Assembly (NCBI GenBank): GCA_007125955.1 | Contig: SLCF01000008.1 | Span: 1,913-65,912, forward strand | Origin: Bacteroidales bacterium | GTDB taxonomy: Bacteria > Bacteroidota > Bacteroidia > Bacteroidales > PUMT01 | Direction of reading: 5' to 3' | DNA length: 64,000 bases | Part shown: positions 1 to 8,297 of the stretch, piece after piece | Numbering within the stretch: the first letter of the stretch is position 1 | How the letters are laid out: each line of letters begins with the position of its first letter | Translations under genes and position numbers: made by a program | Notes under the pieces: model-generated | Seen by the model: only the letters and a program-made list of their open reading frames with translations | Told to the model about the DNA's origin: nothing | Database searches by the model: none

Positions 1-2119
1 AAGCCTCTTCAAGCCAGTCAATCTGATCATGTGTTGAATGTACCCTTGGCATATAGTGGTGTCCTAACGCCTGCAGCGGATATCGTCTGCTTTCCTCTCC
101 GAAAGGACTTTCCCATTCCTGTATATATTTCGGTACCGGAGGTATCTCATCCGGCTTGCCCATATCGTAAAGCTGTCTGGAAAAGATCTCAATCCTGCCG
201 GAAGGTGTGTTCAATGGATTGTTTTCCGGATCTCTCCGGAAATCTGCAAATGCCACTTTAGGATTCCTGATGGGGACTGAATAGACGCCCGTATTCTCTT
301 TTTGCAATTCATCAAGAGATGGAATTTCAGGGAAACGTGTATTACGGTAACGGTTTATTGCCCATTCTATCCATTCTTTTTCATCCCTCCCCTGTGTATA
401 CTCCTCAGCTATACCGAGTCTTTCAGAAATTTCGGCACAAATCTGGTAATCGCTCTTTGTTTCATATGGAGGATCGTATATTTTGGGATTGATTATGACC
501 TCATCGCCGTATTTCCATCCGTCCTGCAACCCCCACACCTCAAACTGCGTGCATACAGGCAGTACCAGGTCTGCGAACCTGCCGGAAGGTGTCATGAACT
601 GATCCTGAAACGCAATGAATTCAACAAGCGATTCATCTTTCAGTATTTTTGCTGAGCGGTTTACATCAGCATGCTGGTTGATAAGTATATTGGAAGCCAC
701 ACACCAGATAAGCCTGATGTTGTTTTCCAGTCTTTCAGCGCCTACCACTCCGTCTTCGGGGCCCATTTCCCTGCCCCTCAAAACCGCTTCAGTCCATAAA
801 AAGACAGGTATTCTTTCAGATACCGGATTCCTTCCTGTTGGAAAGACATTCCAGAAAGGCCCCCCGTCATCAGCCTGCAGTGCAATACCGCTTGCCCAGC
901 CACCCGGTATTCCGACATTCCCGGTTATTGCAGCCAGCACACATCCTCCCAGTACAGGCTGCTCACCGTAAGCCCTTCTTTGCATACCGTAACCCTGGTA
1001 AAGCATTGCGGGTTTGATTGATCCGTATTCGCGGGCTATGCGTGCTATTGTCCGGGCGGGAATACCCGTTATCTTCTCAGCCCATCCGGGTGTTTTGGGC
1101 GTCCCGTCAACTGTGCCAAAAATATAATCCCTGTAGCTCTCCTCATTTTCGAGTCCCTCAGGCATCTGCGAGCTATCGAAACCGGTGCAGCATCGCTGAA
1201 TAAAATCCTTGTCATGCAGCTCTTCCGAAATAATCACATAGGCCATTGCGCTCATAAGTGCGGTATCCGTACCCGGTCTGATAGGTACCCATTCATCGGC
1301 AAGAGAAACGGCACTCATTGTCATCCTGGGATCTATACATATCACCTTTGCACCGTTTTCACGGGCTTTCTTAACAAAATACTCACTGTTGGTACCATCG
1401 CGCATTTCTGCAGGGTTCCAGCCCCACATTATTATATATTTTGAATTGACCCAATCCTGTCGCTGGTTGCCGGTAACACCCGTACCATAAACATAGGGAG
1501 TTGCCCTGCTTATGCAGGCCCAGCTGTAGCTGTTGTAAAAACCGAGAGAACCGCCAAAAAGGTTCATCAGTCTGGCAGCAGTCTGCCTCCCGTTGGTCTG
1601 GTTATAGCTCCCCGTGCCATACGGAACGAGTATTGCGGAATTACCGTATTGCTCTTTTACTCTATTAAGTTGTGAGGCCAGAATATCAAGCGCTTCGTCC
1701 CATGTTATCCGCTCGAATTTGCCTTCGCCCCTTTCGCCGATCCGCTTCATGGGATACTTCAGCCTGTCGGGATGATATTGCCGGCGGCGGTAAGAACGGC
1801 CCCTTATGCAAGCCCTTAGTTGAGGATCGGTTATATCGTCATTGGGACGGTCGTCCGTCTCTATTCTTGTTATTTCCCCTTCCCTGATATGCAGCTTAAG
1901 AACACAGCGCCCACCACAATTATGTGAAGGGCATCCCGCCCTTACAATAACAGTACCGTCATCTTCCATGGTAACCGGGAGGCTTTTGCTCTCCTTTTCA
2001 CCCAGGCAACTGATCATGCCCCCGGAAGCAAGAAGTCCCCCGCCAAAAAGCGCACTTAGCCTTAGGAAGCACCTGCGGTCCATGGCCGATATAACCGGGC
2101 CGCCCTCTTTTCTGCTCAT
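1..2119 (-). CDS. DMSO-reductase-family molybdopterin oxidoreductase catalytic subunit (DmsA-like), Tat-exported; C-terminal part lies beyond the left edge
   Basis: Missing from the ORF track because the frame has no stop inside the window. Manual reverse-strand translation from the ATG (complement of 2117-2119) gives MSRKEGGPVISAMDRRCFLRLSALFGGG (twin-arginine signal). It continues with VRAGCPSHNCGGRCVLKLH and PQLRACIRGRS (N-terminal 4Fe-4S Cys group), then YHPDRLKYPMKRIGERGEGKFERITWDEAL. At the window edge it reads RYPLQALGHHYMPRVHSTHDQIDWLEEA. These blocks track E. coli DmsA as I recall it. Confidence 0.85.
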   Translation of the reverse strand, partial: MSRKEGGPVISAMDRRCFLRLSALFGGGLLASGGMISCLGEKESKSLPVTMEDDGTVIVRAGCPSHNCGGRCVLKLHIREGEITRIETDDRPNDDITDPQLRACIRGRSYRRRQYHPDRLKYPMKRIGERGEGKFERITWDEALDILASQLNRVKEQYGNSAILVPYGTGSYNQTNGRQTAARLMNLFGGSLGFYNSYSWACISRATPYVYGTGVTGNQRQDWVNSKYIIMWGWNPAEMRDGTNSEYFVKKARENGAKVICIDPRMTMSAVSLADEWVPIRPGTDTALMSAMAYVIISEELHDKDFIQRCCTGFDSSQMPEGLENEESYRDYIFGTVDGTPKTPGWAEKITGIPARTIARIAREYGSIKPAMLYQGYGMQRRAYGEQPVLGGCVLAAITGNVGIPGGWASGIALQADDGGPFWNVFPTGRNPVSERIPVFLWTEAVLRGREMGPEDGVVGAERLENNIRLIWCVASNILINQHADVNRSAKILKDESLVEFIAFQDQFMTPSGRFADLVLPVCTQFEVWGLQDGWKYGDEVIINPKIYDPPYETKSDYQICAEISERLGIAEEYTQGRDEKEWIEWAINRYRNTRFPEIPSLDELQKENTGVYSVPIRNPKVAFADFRRDPENNPLNTPSGRIEIFSRQLYDMGKPDEIPPVPKYIQEWESPFGEESRRYPLQALGHHYMPRVHSTHDQIDWLEEA

Positions 2120-2299
2120 TTCTGAATAATTTTTCTGTAAAACCATCGAAAATATAACAAGATCACGCTAATATAATCAAAAATTTAAATATATATATGT
2201 CATTCCTTTTCAGCAATCCTTATTAAAAAAAATCATTCCGGTTATCCCGCTCTTCCGCTTCCAGGCGACACGCATGTAAGCCTTCAAATAAATGCAAAA

Positions 2300-3139
2300 C
2301 TAAGCAGGCTTCCTGCAGTGGAAAACACCCCATGTGAGGTTACCTTTTTCTCCTCCTTCAACCCAGTACTTTAAACCTTTTTTCATATTGGAAAGATATT
2401 CCTCTGAAACATCCCTTTGAAGCTCTTTCTCTTTTTCACTTGTTTTTTCCAGAACCATGGAATAGTGTTTCACGAGATGATCATGAAGATCAATATACCT
2501 CACCTTTTCAAGCCCGCATTCCCTGCACGCCTTATCATAATATTCCGGCGATCCGAGCGATGAGAGATTGATTCGCTCATATATGGGCTTAAGCTCTTGT
2601 TCATCACAATCGCCGGTCTGCATGGGGTCTGTGAAAATCATATCCCCTTCCGGCCTGAGAACCCTTACTGCTTCTGTGATAACCTTCTTCCTGTTACTGC
2701 TGTGCAGAATTGCATCCTGTGACCATACAATATCAAATGCATTTTCAATGAATGGTATCTCTTCAAAATTCCCGTCAACTATATCGATCAGGTCATCAAG
2801 CCCCTGTTCCCTGTTCATTTTTCTTCCCCTTTCGTTTTCTGTTTCACTTATATTCAGAACAGTAACATGGCAACCGTATGTTGCAGCAAGATAGCGGGCA
2901 CTGCCGCCAAAACCTCCCCCAAGATCTATTATCCTGGTGTTTTCATCAATGCTTGTGAAACTTGCCATTTCTCTAACGGTTCGGCGGCTTGCAGTAAAAA
3001 TGTCATCGTCTTTACTTATGTATATGCCCAGATGAAGATCTTCTCCACCCCAGACATGATAGTAAAAATTGTCAGCATCTTTGCTGTTGTAATAACTGCG
3101 GGCCGCTTCCGCATCTTTTGAATACTTTTTTTCACTCAT
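2300..3139 (-). CDS. SAM-dependent N-methyltransferase, sarcosine/dimethylglycine N-methyltransferase-like (glycine betaine-forming type)
   Basis: 279 aa. N-terminal block ARSYYNSKDADNFYYHVWGGEDLHLGIY, SAM motif I IIDLGGGFGGSARYL, WSQDAILHS, C-terminal GNLTWGVFHCRK. Length and blocks match halophile SDMT enzymes. Confidence 0.75.
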   Translation of the reverse strand: MSEKKYSKDAEAARSYYNSKDADNFYYHVWGGEDLHLGIYISKDDDIFTASRRTVREMASFTSIDENTRIIDLGGGFGGSARYLAATYGCHVTVLNISETENERGRKMNREQGLDDLIDIVDGNFEEIPFIENAFDIVWSQDAILHSSNRKKVITEAVRVLRPEGDMIFTDPMQTGDCDEQELKPIYERINLSSLGSPEYYDKACRECGLEKVRYIDLHDHLVKHYSMVLEKTSEKEKELQRDVSEEYLSNMKKGLKYWVEGGEKGNLTWGVFHCRKPA

Positions 3140-3241
3140 TGAGTCATCTTTTTTTATTCTTCAATCCGTTTATCTTATTAAGTCCGGAACTTGCATGCTT
3201 ACCAATCTCCGGGTAGAATCATTTAAATTACTTTGCATTAT

Positions 3242-4039
3242 TTAAAAATCCAGCTTCCCTTCCCTGTATGCATTCATATATTTTTCACAAAACTGATCTT
3301 TTCCAAGCAGCATTTCTGCAGCCAAAACATTTGCCATCATCTTGTTGTCCAGCGGGTTCATAATAGCAGAATCAAGGCCCCTTGTTATAGCCATAACCAT
3401 AAAAGCCCGGTTTGCAAATCCCCTTTTGGGAATTCCAAAGGAAATATTCGAGAGTCCGCATATTGTATGTATCCCCTCATATTTGGCATGAATGGCTTCG
3501 ACCGAATCAAGGAACTCCCTACCAAGATGGTCGCCTGAACCGATCGGCTGAACAAGCGGATCTACAAAAATATTCTCCAGCTTGATACCATTTTTTACCA
3601 GATTGTTTACCAGCCTGTCAGCTATCTTTAGCCTCTCTTCCTTTGTATAGGGCATCCCTTCGTCGCTCATGCAAAGTGCAATTATCTTGAAATCCGTACC
3701 CTTTATCACCGGGATTATGTTTTCATACCTCCCCTTTTCCAGTGAAATGGAGTTGATCATTGGTATTCCCTTGTGTACCTTAACAGCTTCTTCAATCACT
3801 GCAGGGTCAGGGGTGTCAATACAGCATGGTGCATCAACGTTTTCCTGTACTGTCTGTATGAGCCATTTCATGTAATCAGTTTCCTTTCCCACAAATATCC
3901 CTGCGTTGACATCAATGAAGTCGGCCCCGTTTTCATGCTGATCAAGGGCTACCTTTGCAATTGCATCATAGTTTTTTTCCCTGATCTCTTCCCTGATCTT
4001 TTTTCTGCTTGCGTTTATAAGTTCTCCTACTATTCGCAT
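3242..4039 (-). CDS. Pterin-binding methyltransferase (methyl-corrinoid:tetrahydrofolate methyltransferase; MetH Fol-module / MtgA / MtrH family)
   Basis: 265 aa. Blocks GELINASRKKIRE, GADFIDVNAG, PMINSISL and GLSNISFG are typical of the DHPS-like pterin-binding barrel. Its start lies 2 nt after the stop of the upstream DUF1638 gene. Confidence 0.8.
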   Translation of the reverse strand: MRIVGELINASRKKIREEIREKNYDAIAKVALDQHENGADFIDVNAGIFVGKETDYMKWLIQTVQENVDAPCCIDTPDPAVIEEAVKVHKGIPMINSISLEKGRYENIIPVIKGTDFKIIALCMSDEGMPYTKEERLKIADRLVNNLVKNGIKLENIFVDPLVQPIGSGDHLGREFLDSVEAIHAKYEGIHTICGLSNISFGIPKRGFANRAFMVMAITRGLDSAIMNPLDNKMMANVLAAEMLLGKDQFCEKYMNAYREGKLDF

Positions 4040-4041
4040 AT

Positions 4042-4731
4042 CTAATTCTCCTGTTTAAAAAAGTTTTTATAATTACTTGTCTGTTCGGGTTCAATATAAA
4101 CGAAATATTTACGGCTGTAAGGGCCGTAAAGTATCCTCCGGAAAAAGTTGTCGTTACCTTTAACCTCAAAATATTTTTTCCCCAGCACCCTTGCATTTTC
4201 CTTTGCCCTCTCCCTGTAGGGTGAAGGATCTTCACTCCCGGGATCAATATAACAAATGTATTTATAATTCTTCAGTTCCCATTCTATGGCCTCTTTTGCC
4301 ATTTCAGCCCCCACCCTTTGGGTGTATTCGTTTTCAAGAAGACCAAGCGGATCTTTTTGGTTTTCTATCCAGTTCTGCGTTAGATAGTACGTGCCCGGTC
4401 TCCTGGAGAAATGGGCATGATACCTTTCGGCACCACCCAGATAGAGGCTTATGCAATCGTGTACCCTTGGAATGTAAATTCCATTTTTCCCGGCAAGCAG
4501 ACCCGACACCCCATTTGAACACAATCCATATCCCAGAACTATAGTGTTTCCCTTTTCATTAAAACTGTCTATTCTTTCCTGCAACTCTTCCCTCATCTTA
4601 TCCGGATAACGGTGAAGATTCTGGGACATGTAATGCATACGGATGTTATCCTGATGCGGACCAAACCTTTCCAGTTCAGCTTTCAGGCTCCCGCAAGCTA
4701 TTATCACCTTATTTTCTGTTAAATTTCTCAA
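4042..4731 (-). CDS. DUF1638 domain protein (uncharacterised partner of corrinoid methyltransferase systems)
   Basis: 229 aa with IIACGSLKAEL, LGYGLCSNG and PRVHDCISLYLGG blocks that I associate with DUF1638. The only available start is TTG, which overlaps the TGA of the upstream gene (TTGA), suggesting translational coupling. Confidence 0.6.
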   Translation of the reverse strand: MRNLTENKVIIACGSLKAELERFGPHQDNIRMHYMSQNLHRYPDKMREELQERIDSFNEKGNTIVLGYGLCSNGVSGLLAGKNGIYIPRVHDCISLYLGGAERYHAHFSRRPGTYYLTQNWIENQKDPLGLLENEYTQRVGAEMAKEAIEWELKNYKYICYIDPGSEDPSPYRERAKENARVLGKKYFEVKGNDNFFRRILYGPYSRKYFVYIEPEQTSNYKNFFKQEN

Positions 4732-6722
4732 AGTGTAACGGAATTTTGATCTGACAATCTCGGATTACCCATTGCACGGGCAGTAAATCTTGTTAAAGAG
4801 CCTTCAACCTTTCTGTTTACCTCAACATAAGGTTCCGATGAACCGGAGTTGATAGCCGCTTCCCTGGCAAGGCTGTGTGAGATCTTTTGCGCATAATCGC
4901 ATGCATTTTCGTGATTATCAAAATTTTTAACCTTGCCGTCACATTTAACATTGTATGAAAATTTTCCCTCACTTTCCCTTATAAAGACGAGCGCTTCGGA
5001 CACTTCAGAAACAAATCCTGATACGGCACCTACTGCGTTTGCCACATCGGCATACTGGTGAGTCAGCAGCCTGGTTTTCAGCCTTTGGGCGACATCCCCC
5101 AGGAAATGCCTTGCAGGAGCTCCGGTGCCGGCAAGAGGCATGAGACTGTTGATCTCTACCGTCAAAAGGTCGCTTCCGGGATGGAGAAACTCTTTCAGCA
5201 TCCATTTGCCCCACTTACCGTCAACCTTGTCTGGCATAACTTTTTCCATATCATGGCGTGCAAGAAAGATCATTATCTCTTCCACCAATGTATCCTCTAT
5301 TTTGCGGAAAACCGATTCAATAAAATCTTTCTTCTCCATCCTGTAAAGACGGCATATTAATGAAGCTGCAATATCAGCAGCATCCCTGTCCCATAAACTT
5401 AGCCGCCCTGAAACATGCAGCAGGTCTGTAGGGTTTAGTGTGGAACACTCTATAAAACCACCCCTGATGAGCCCGTGGAGATTAAGATGAGCAGGATGAA
5501 AAACTTTTTCATCATCCATTATTTTACTTAACCTTAATGGTTTTGCAAGCTTTTCAACCAGTCTGAGCTGTTTTTCATTAAGGCCTTCAACTGTATGATC
5601 GTCAAGTTTCCTGTAGAGGTGCCAGTATTCCAGGTCGTATACACTTTTTACTGTATCCGGATTCTTTTTAATCTTCCTGAAATCCGACTGAACATTTGCG
5701 TAATGGCTGGCAATCTGGGATAATGAGCGCACCCTTTCCGGACCGATACATATTTCACTTTTTTTGTCAAACCATATCCTGCTGTCACACCCGAGGCTGA
5801 CAGTGCGTATTTGAGCAGCCTCAACAGCCGTACGTGTGCCTCCTACCATGGCACCCTCCTCTGAAACGGCTACCATACCGTTGTTAATAAGGGCCATATC
5901 GGTTGTTGTACCTCCCATATCTACAACCAGGAAACTGCTTTTCCTGAGCAGAAAACGGGCACCGATCGCACTTGCAGCCGGACCTGACAGAACCGTTTCG
6001 ACCGGTTTATATTCCGCCTCCTTGTAGGGCATCAGGCTTCCATCTCCCCTTACAATCATCAGCGGGGCTTTGATCCCCAGTTCGCTTAGTGATTGCCTGA
6101 CTGACCTTATAAAGTCCTGCATAACAGCAACCAGTGATGCATTAATGGATGCCGTAGCAGCCCTTTTGATTGAGTTCAGACGGCCTGATAACTGGTGACC
6201 CATCACTACGGGAAGATCGGATGCCTTCTTGATTATTTCCAGAGCTTCTTTTTCATGTGAGGTATTCAGCGGACTGAAGTATGAAGAAAGAGCAATGGCC
6301 TCAATCTTTGACTTGTTCTTCCCTACCCATTCGAATATCCCTTTCCGGTCAAGTGGCTCAAGCTCATCTCCCTGGGCATTGTGTCCTCCGCTGAAATAAG
6401 CTATTTCAGAAGAAGCAAGCTCATCCCTGAGATCATAATTCTTAATCAGTTTCCTGTCATAACCTATAAGCAAAAGAGCAGTTTTGCCTGTTTTTCCCTC
6501 GGCAACTGAATTGGTGGCAAGTGTGCTGGATATCCCCACCAGTCTGACATTATGATCAGACTCCACACTGAGCTTTTCCAGAACTCTTACAACCCCTTGC
6601 TTCAAATCATTGTGGGTAGTCAGTGTTTTGGCTGCGGAAATTACTCTCCTGGTGGAATAATCCATCAGGACTCCATCTGTGAAAGTTCCGCCTGTATCAA
6701 TACCAATTACATACCGGTTCAT
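4728..6722 (-). CDS. Hydantoinase A / oxoprolinase-family ASKHA-fold ATPase (no HyuB partner in the window)
   Basis: 664 aa. Has the N-terminal VIGIDTGGTFTDGV and central LVVDMGGTTTD phosphate-binding loops of the hydantoinase/oxoprolinase family. No Cys-rich ferredoxin domain. Confidence 0.75.
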   Translation of the reverse strand: MNRYVIGIDTGGTFTDGVLMDYSTRRVISAAKTLTTHNDLKQGVVRVLEKLSVESDHNVRLVGISSTLATNSVAEGKTGKTALLLIGYDRKLIKNYDLRDELASSEIAYFSGGHNAQGDELEPLDRKGIFEWVGKNKSKIEAIALSSYFSPLNTSHEKEALEIIKKASDLPVVMGHQLSGRLNSIKRAATASINASLVAVMQDFIRSVRQSLSELGIKAPLMIVRGDGSLMPYKEAEYKPVETVLSGPAASAIGARFLLRKSSFLVVDMGGTTTDMALINNGMVAVSEEGAMVGGTRTAVEAAQIRTVSLGCDSRIWFDKKSEICIGPERVRSLSQIASHYANVQSDFRKIKKNPDTVKSVYDLEYWHLYRKLDDHTVEGLNEKQLRLVEKLAKPLRLSKIMDDEKVFHPAHLNLHGLIRGGFIECSTLNPTDLLHVSGRLSLWDRDAADIAASLICRLYRMEKKDFIESVFRKIEDTLVEEIMIFLARHDMEKVMPDKVDGKWGKWMLKEFLHPGSDLLTVEINSLMPLAGTGAPARHFLGDVAQRLKTRLLTHQYADVANAVGAVSGFVSEVSEALVFIRESEGKFSYNVKCDGKVKNFDNHENACDYAQKISHSLAREAAINSGSSEPYVEVNRKVEGSLTRFTARAMGNPRLSDQNSVTL

Positions 6723-6784
6723 ACCAGATCCCTTCTTTAGTATGATTCGGATCAGATCGCAGCAATTCTGAATCTTTTATGAAA

Positions 6785-8269
6785 TCACTCTTTTTTGTTA
6801 TCTGACTTACTGATCCTTTCTTCAGCTTCCCTTAGAATCTTCTCAATCTCGCTGTCTGCTTTCGCAGGCACTTTGCCACGGGGGCCTTCATGATTTTTGA
6901 TTAAACCCCTGGTTTTTTCAATTATCCTGTCCTTCATGGTTTTTTTGCCTTCTTCGACCCAACCCTCGTAGCTGTTTCGGTCCATAAGAGTGGGCATCCA
7001 GTAGGCGCGGAACCATTTCATAGTGTGTTCTTCATAAAGGTAATGACCTCCCGGCCCTACACTGTCGATCACATCGACACTGAGAGTTTCCCTGTTGACA
7101 TCAAAGCTTCTTTCAATAACCCTTGCCATTGATATCAACTCGTCATCCATTACTGTCTGGAAGATATCCCCTGTCAGCCCGCTTTCTGTGTAACCATTGT
7201 CATGAACGAAATTTGCACCGCTCATCATTGCTGCATTGATCGAAAGGCTTGCTTCCATAGCCGACTGCATATCCATCTTCTTGGTATCAGTGCAACCTGA
7301 CTGCGAATACATCGGAAGACCGCAATACTGAACTACTTCAGTCAATGCAGCGCTCAGAAGGCTAAGCTCAGGTGCCCCGTAAGAATAAACGGAATACCTC
7401 ATATCGAGTATCGACTGAACACCTCCTATGATGATGCATGTACCCGGATTTATAAGCTGTGCCGCTATTACTCCCACCATTGACTCGGAAAGGGCAACCA
7501 CCAGCTGCCCCGCATGCGAAGCAGGCACGGTGCCTCCGCCGATTGCGCACGGACTGTAAACCTGCGGGATACGCTCTTCGGCACAGTACATGCATTTATC
7601 TATGGCATGGAAATCGCTTACAAGAGGGGAGATAGGCTCACCATAAAAAATATAGTTGGGACGTTGTCTGAACTCCTCATCTCCTCCGGCCATTGCAACA
7701 GCCATTCTGTGTATGTCACGGCAGCCTTCCCTTGTGAACGACCAGCTCATTACGGGTGTAGTGGTATTTCGTATCATATCGGCAAACTCGTAAACATCTG
7801 CCAGTCCGTTAGTAACATCACTAATAGACCCAAGTGACTGCACAAATCCGATATTAGGCAAAGCATCGCATACGCGTGCCACAGTGGTTGCATCTTTCCG
7901 AAGGTATTTCCTTCTTTCCATGGTGTCGGTATCGATAAAGTTGGGTGGTGTCGGCCCCGGCCCGAAATAGCTGCGGTTCTTCTCAATCACTATTTTCTTT
8001 TCAGTTGTTCCGTCCCATGGAAAAACTTCGGTTACGGGAGGAACTGTAGAAAGGGCTTTCAGTATCACTTCAGGGGGAAAAAAGACTTTTATTCCATCAA
8101 CATGGCAACCGGCTTTTTTAAACAGATCCCTCGCCCCTTCATGATGAACATGAGCTCCCGTGTACTGAAGTGTACGCATCATTCCGTTGAAGATCTTTTG
8201 TTTCTGATCTTCTGAAAGAATTTGCAGGCGGGGACTCTCATATACTGTATAATTTGTTCTTACACTCAT
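6785..8269 (-). CDS. MttB-superfamily (trimethylamine methyltransferase family) corrinoid-dependent methyltransferase, non-pyrrolysine, paralog 2
   Basis: 494 aa uninterrupted ORF with no in-frame TAG. Blocks FYGEPISPL, YSVYSYGAPELSLLSAAL, YSQSGCTDTKKMD and HDNGY align with the other two paralogs. Confidence 0.85.
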   Translation of the reverse strand: MSVRTNYTVYESPRLQILSEDQKQKIFNGMMRTLQYTGAHVHHEGARDLFKKAGCHVDGIKVFFPPEVILKALSTVPPVTEVFPWDGTTEKKIVIEKNRSYFGPGPTPPNFIDTDTMERRKYLRKDATTVARVCDALPNIGFVQSLGSISDVTNGLADVYEFADMIRNTTTPVMSWSFTREGCRDIHRMAVAMAGGDEEFRQRPNYIFYGEPISPLVSDFHAIDKCMYCAEERIPQVYSPCAIGGGTVPASHAGQLVVALSESMVGVIAAQLINPGTCIIIGGVQSILDMRYSVYSYGAPELSLLSAALTEVVQYCGLPMYSQSGCTDTKKMDMQSAMEASLSINAAMMSGANFVHDNGYTESGLTGDIFQTVMDDELISMARVIERSFDVNRETLSVDVIDSVGPGGHYLYEEHTMKWFRAYWMPTLMDRNSYEGWVEEGKKTMKDRIIEKTRGLIKNHEGPRGKVPAKADSEIEKILREAEERISKSDNKKE

Positions 8270-8297
8270 AAGAATATCTCTTTTTTAAAATTGTGTT

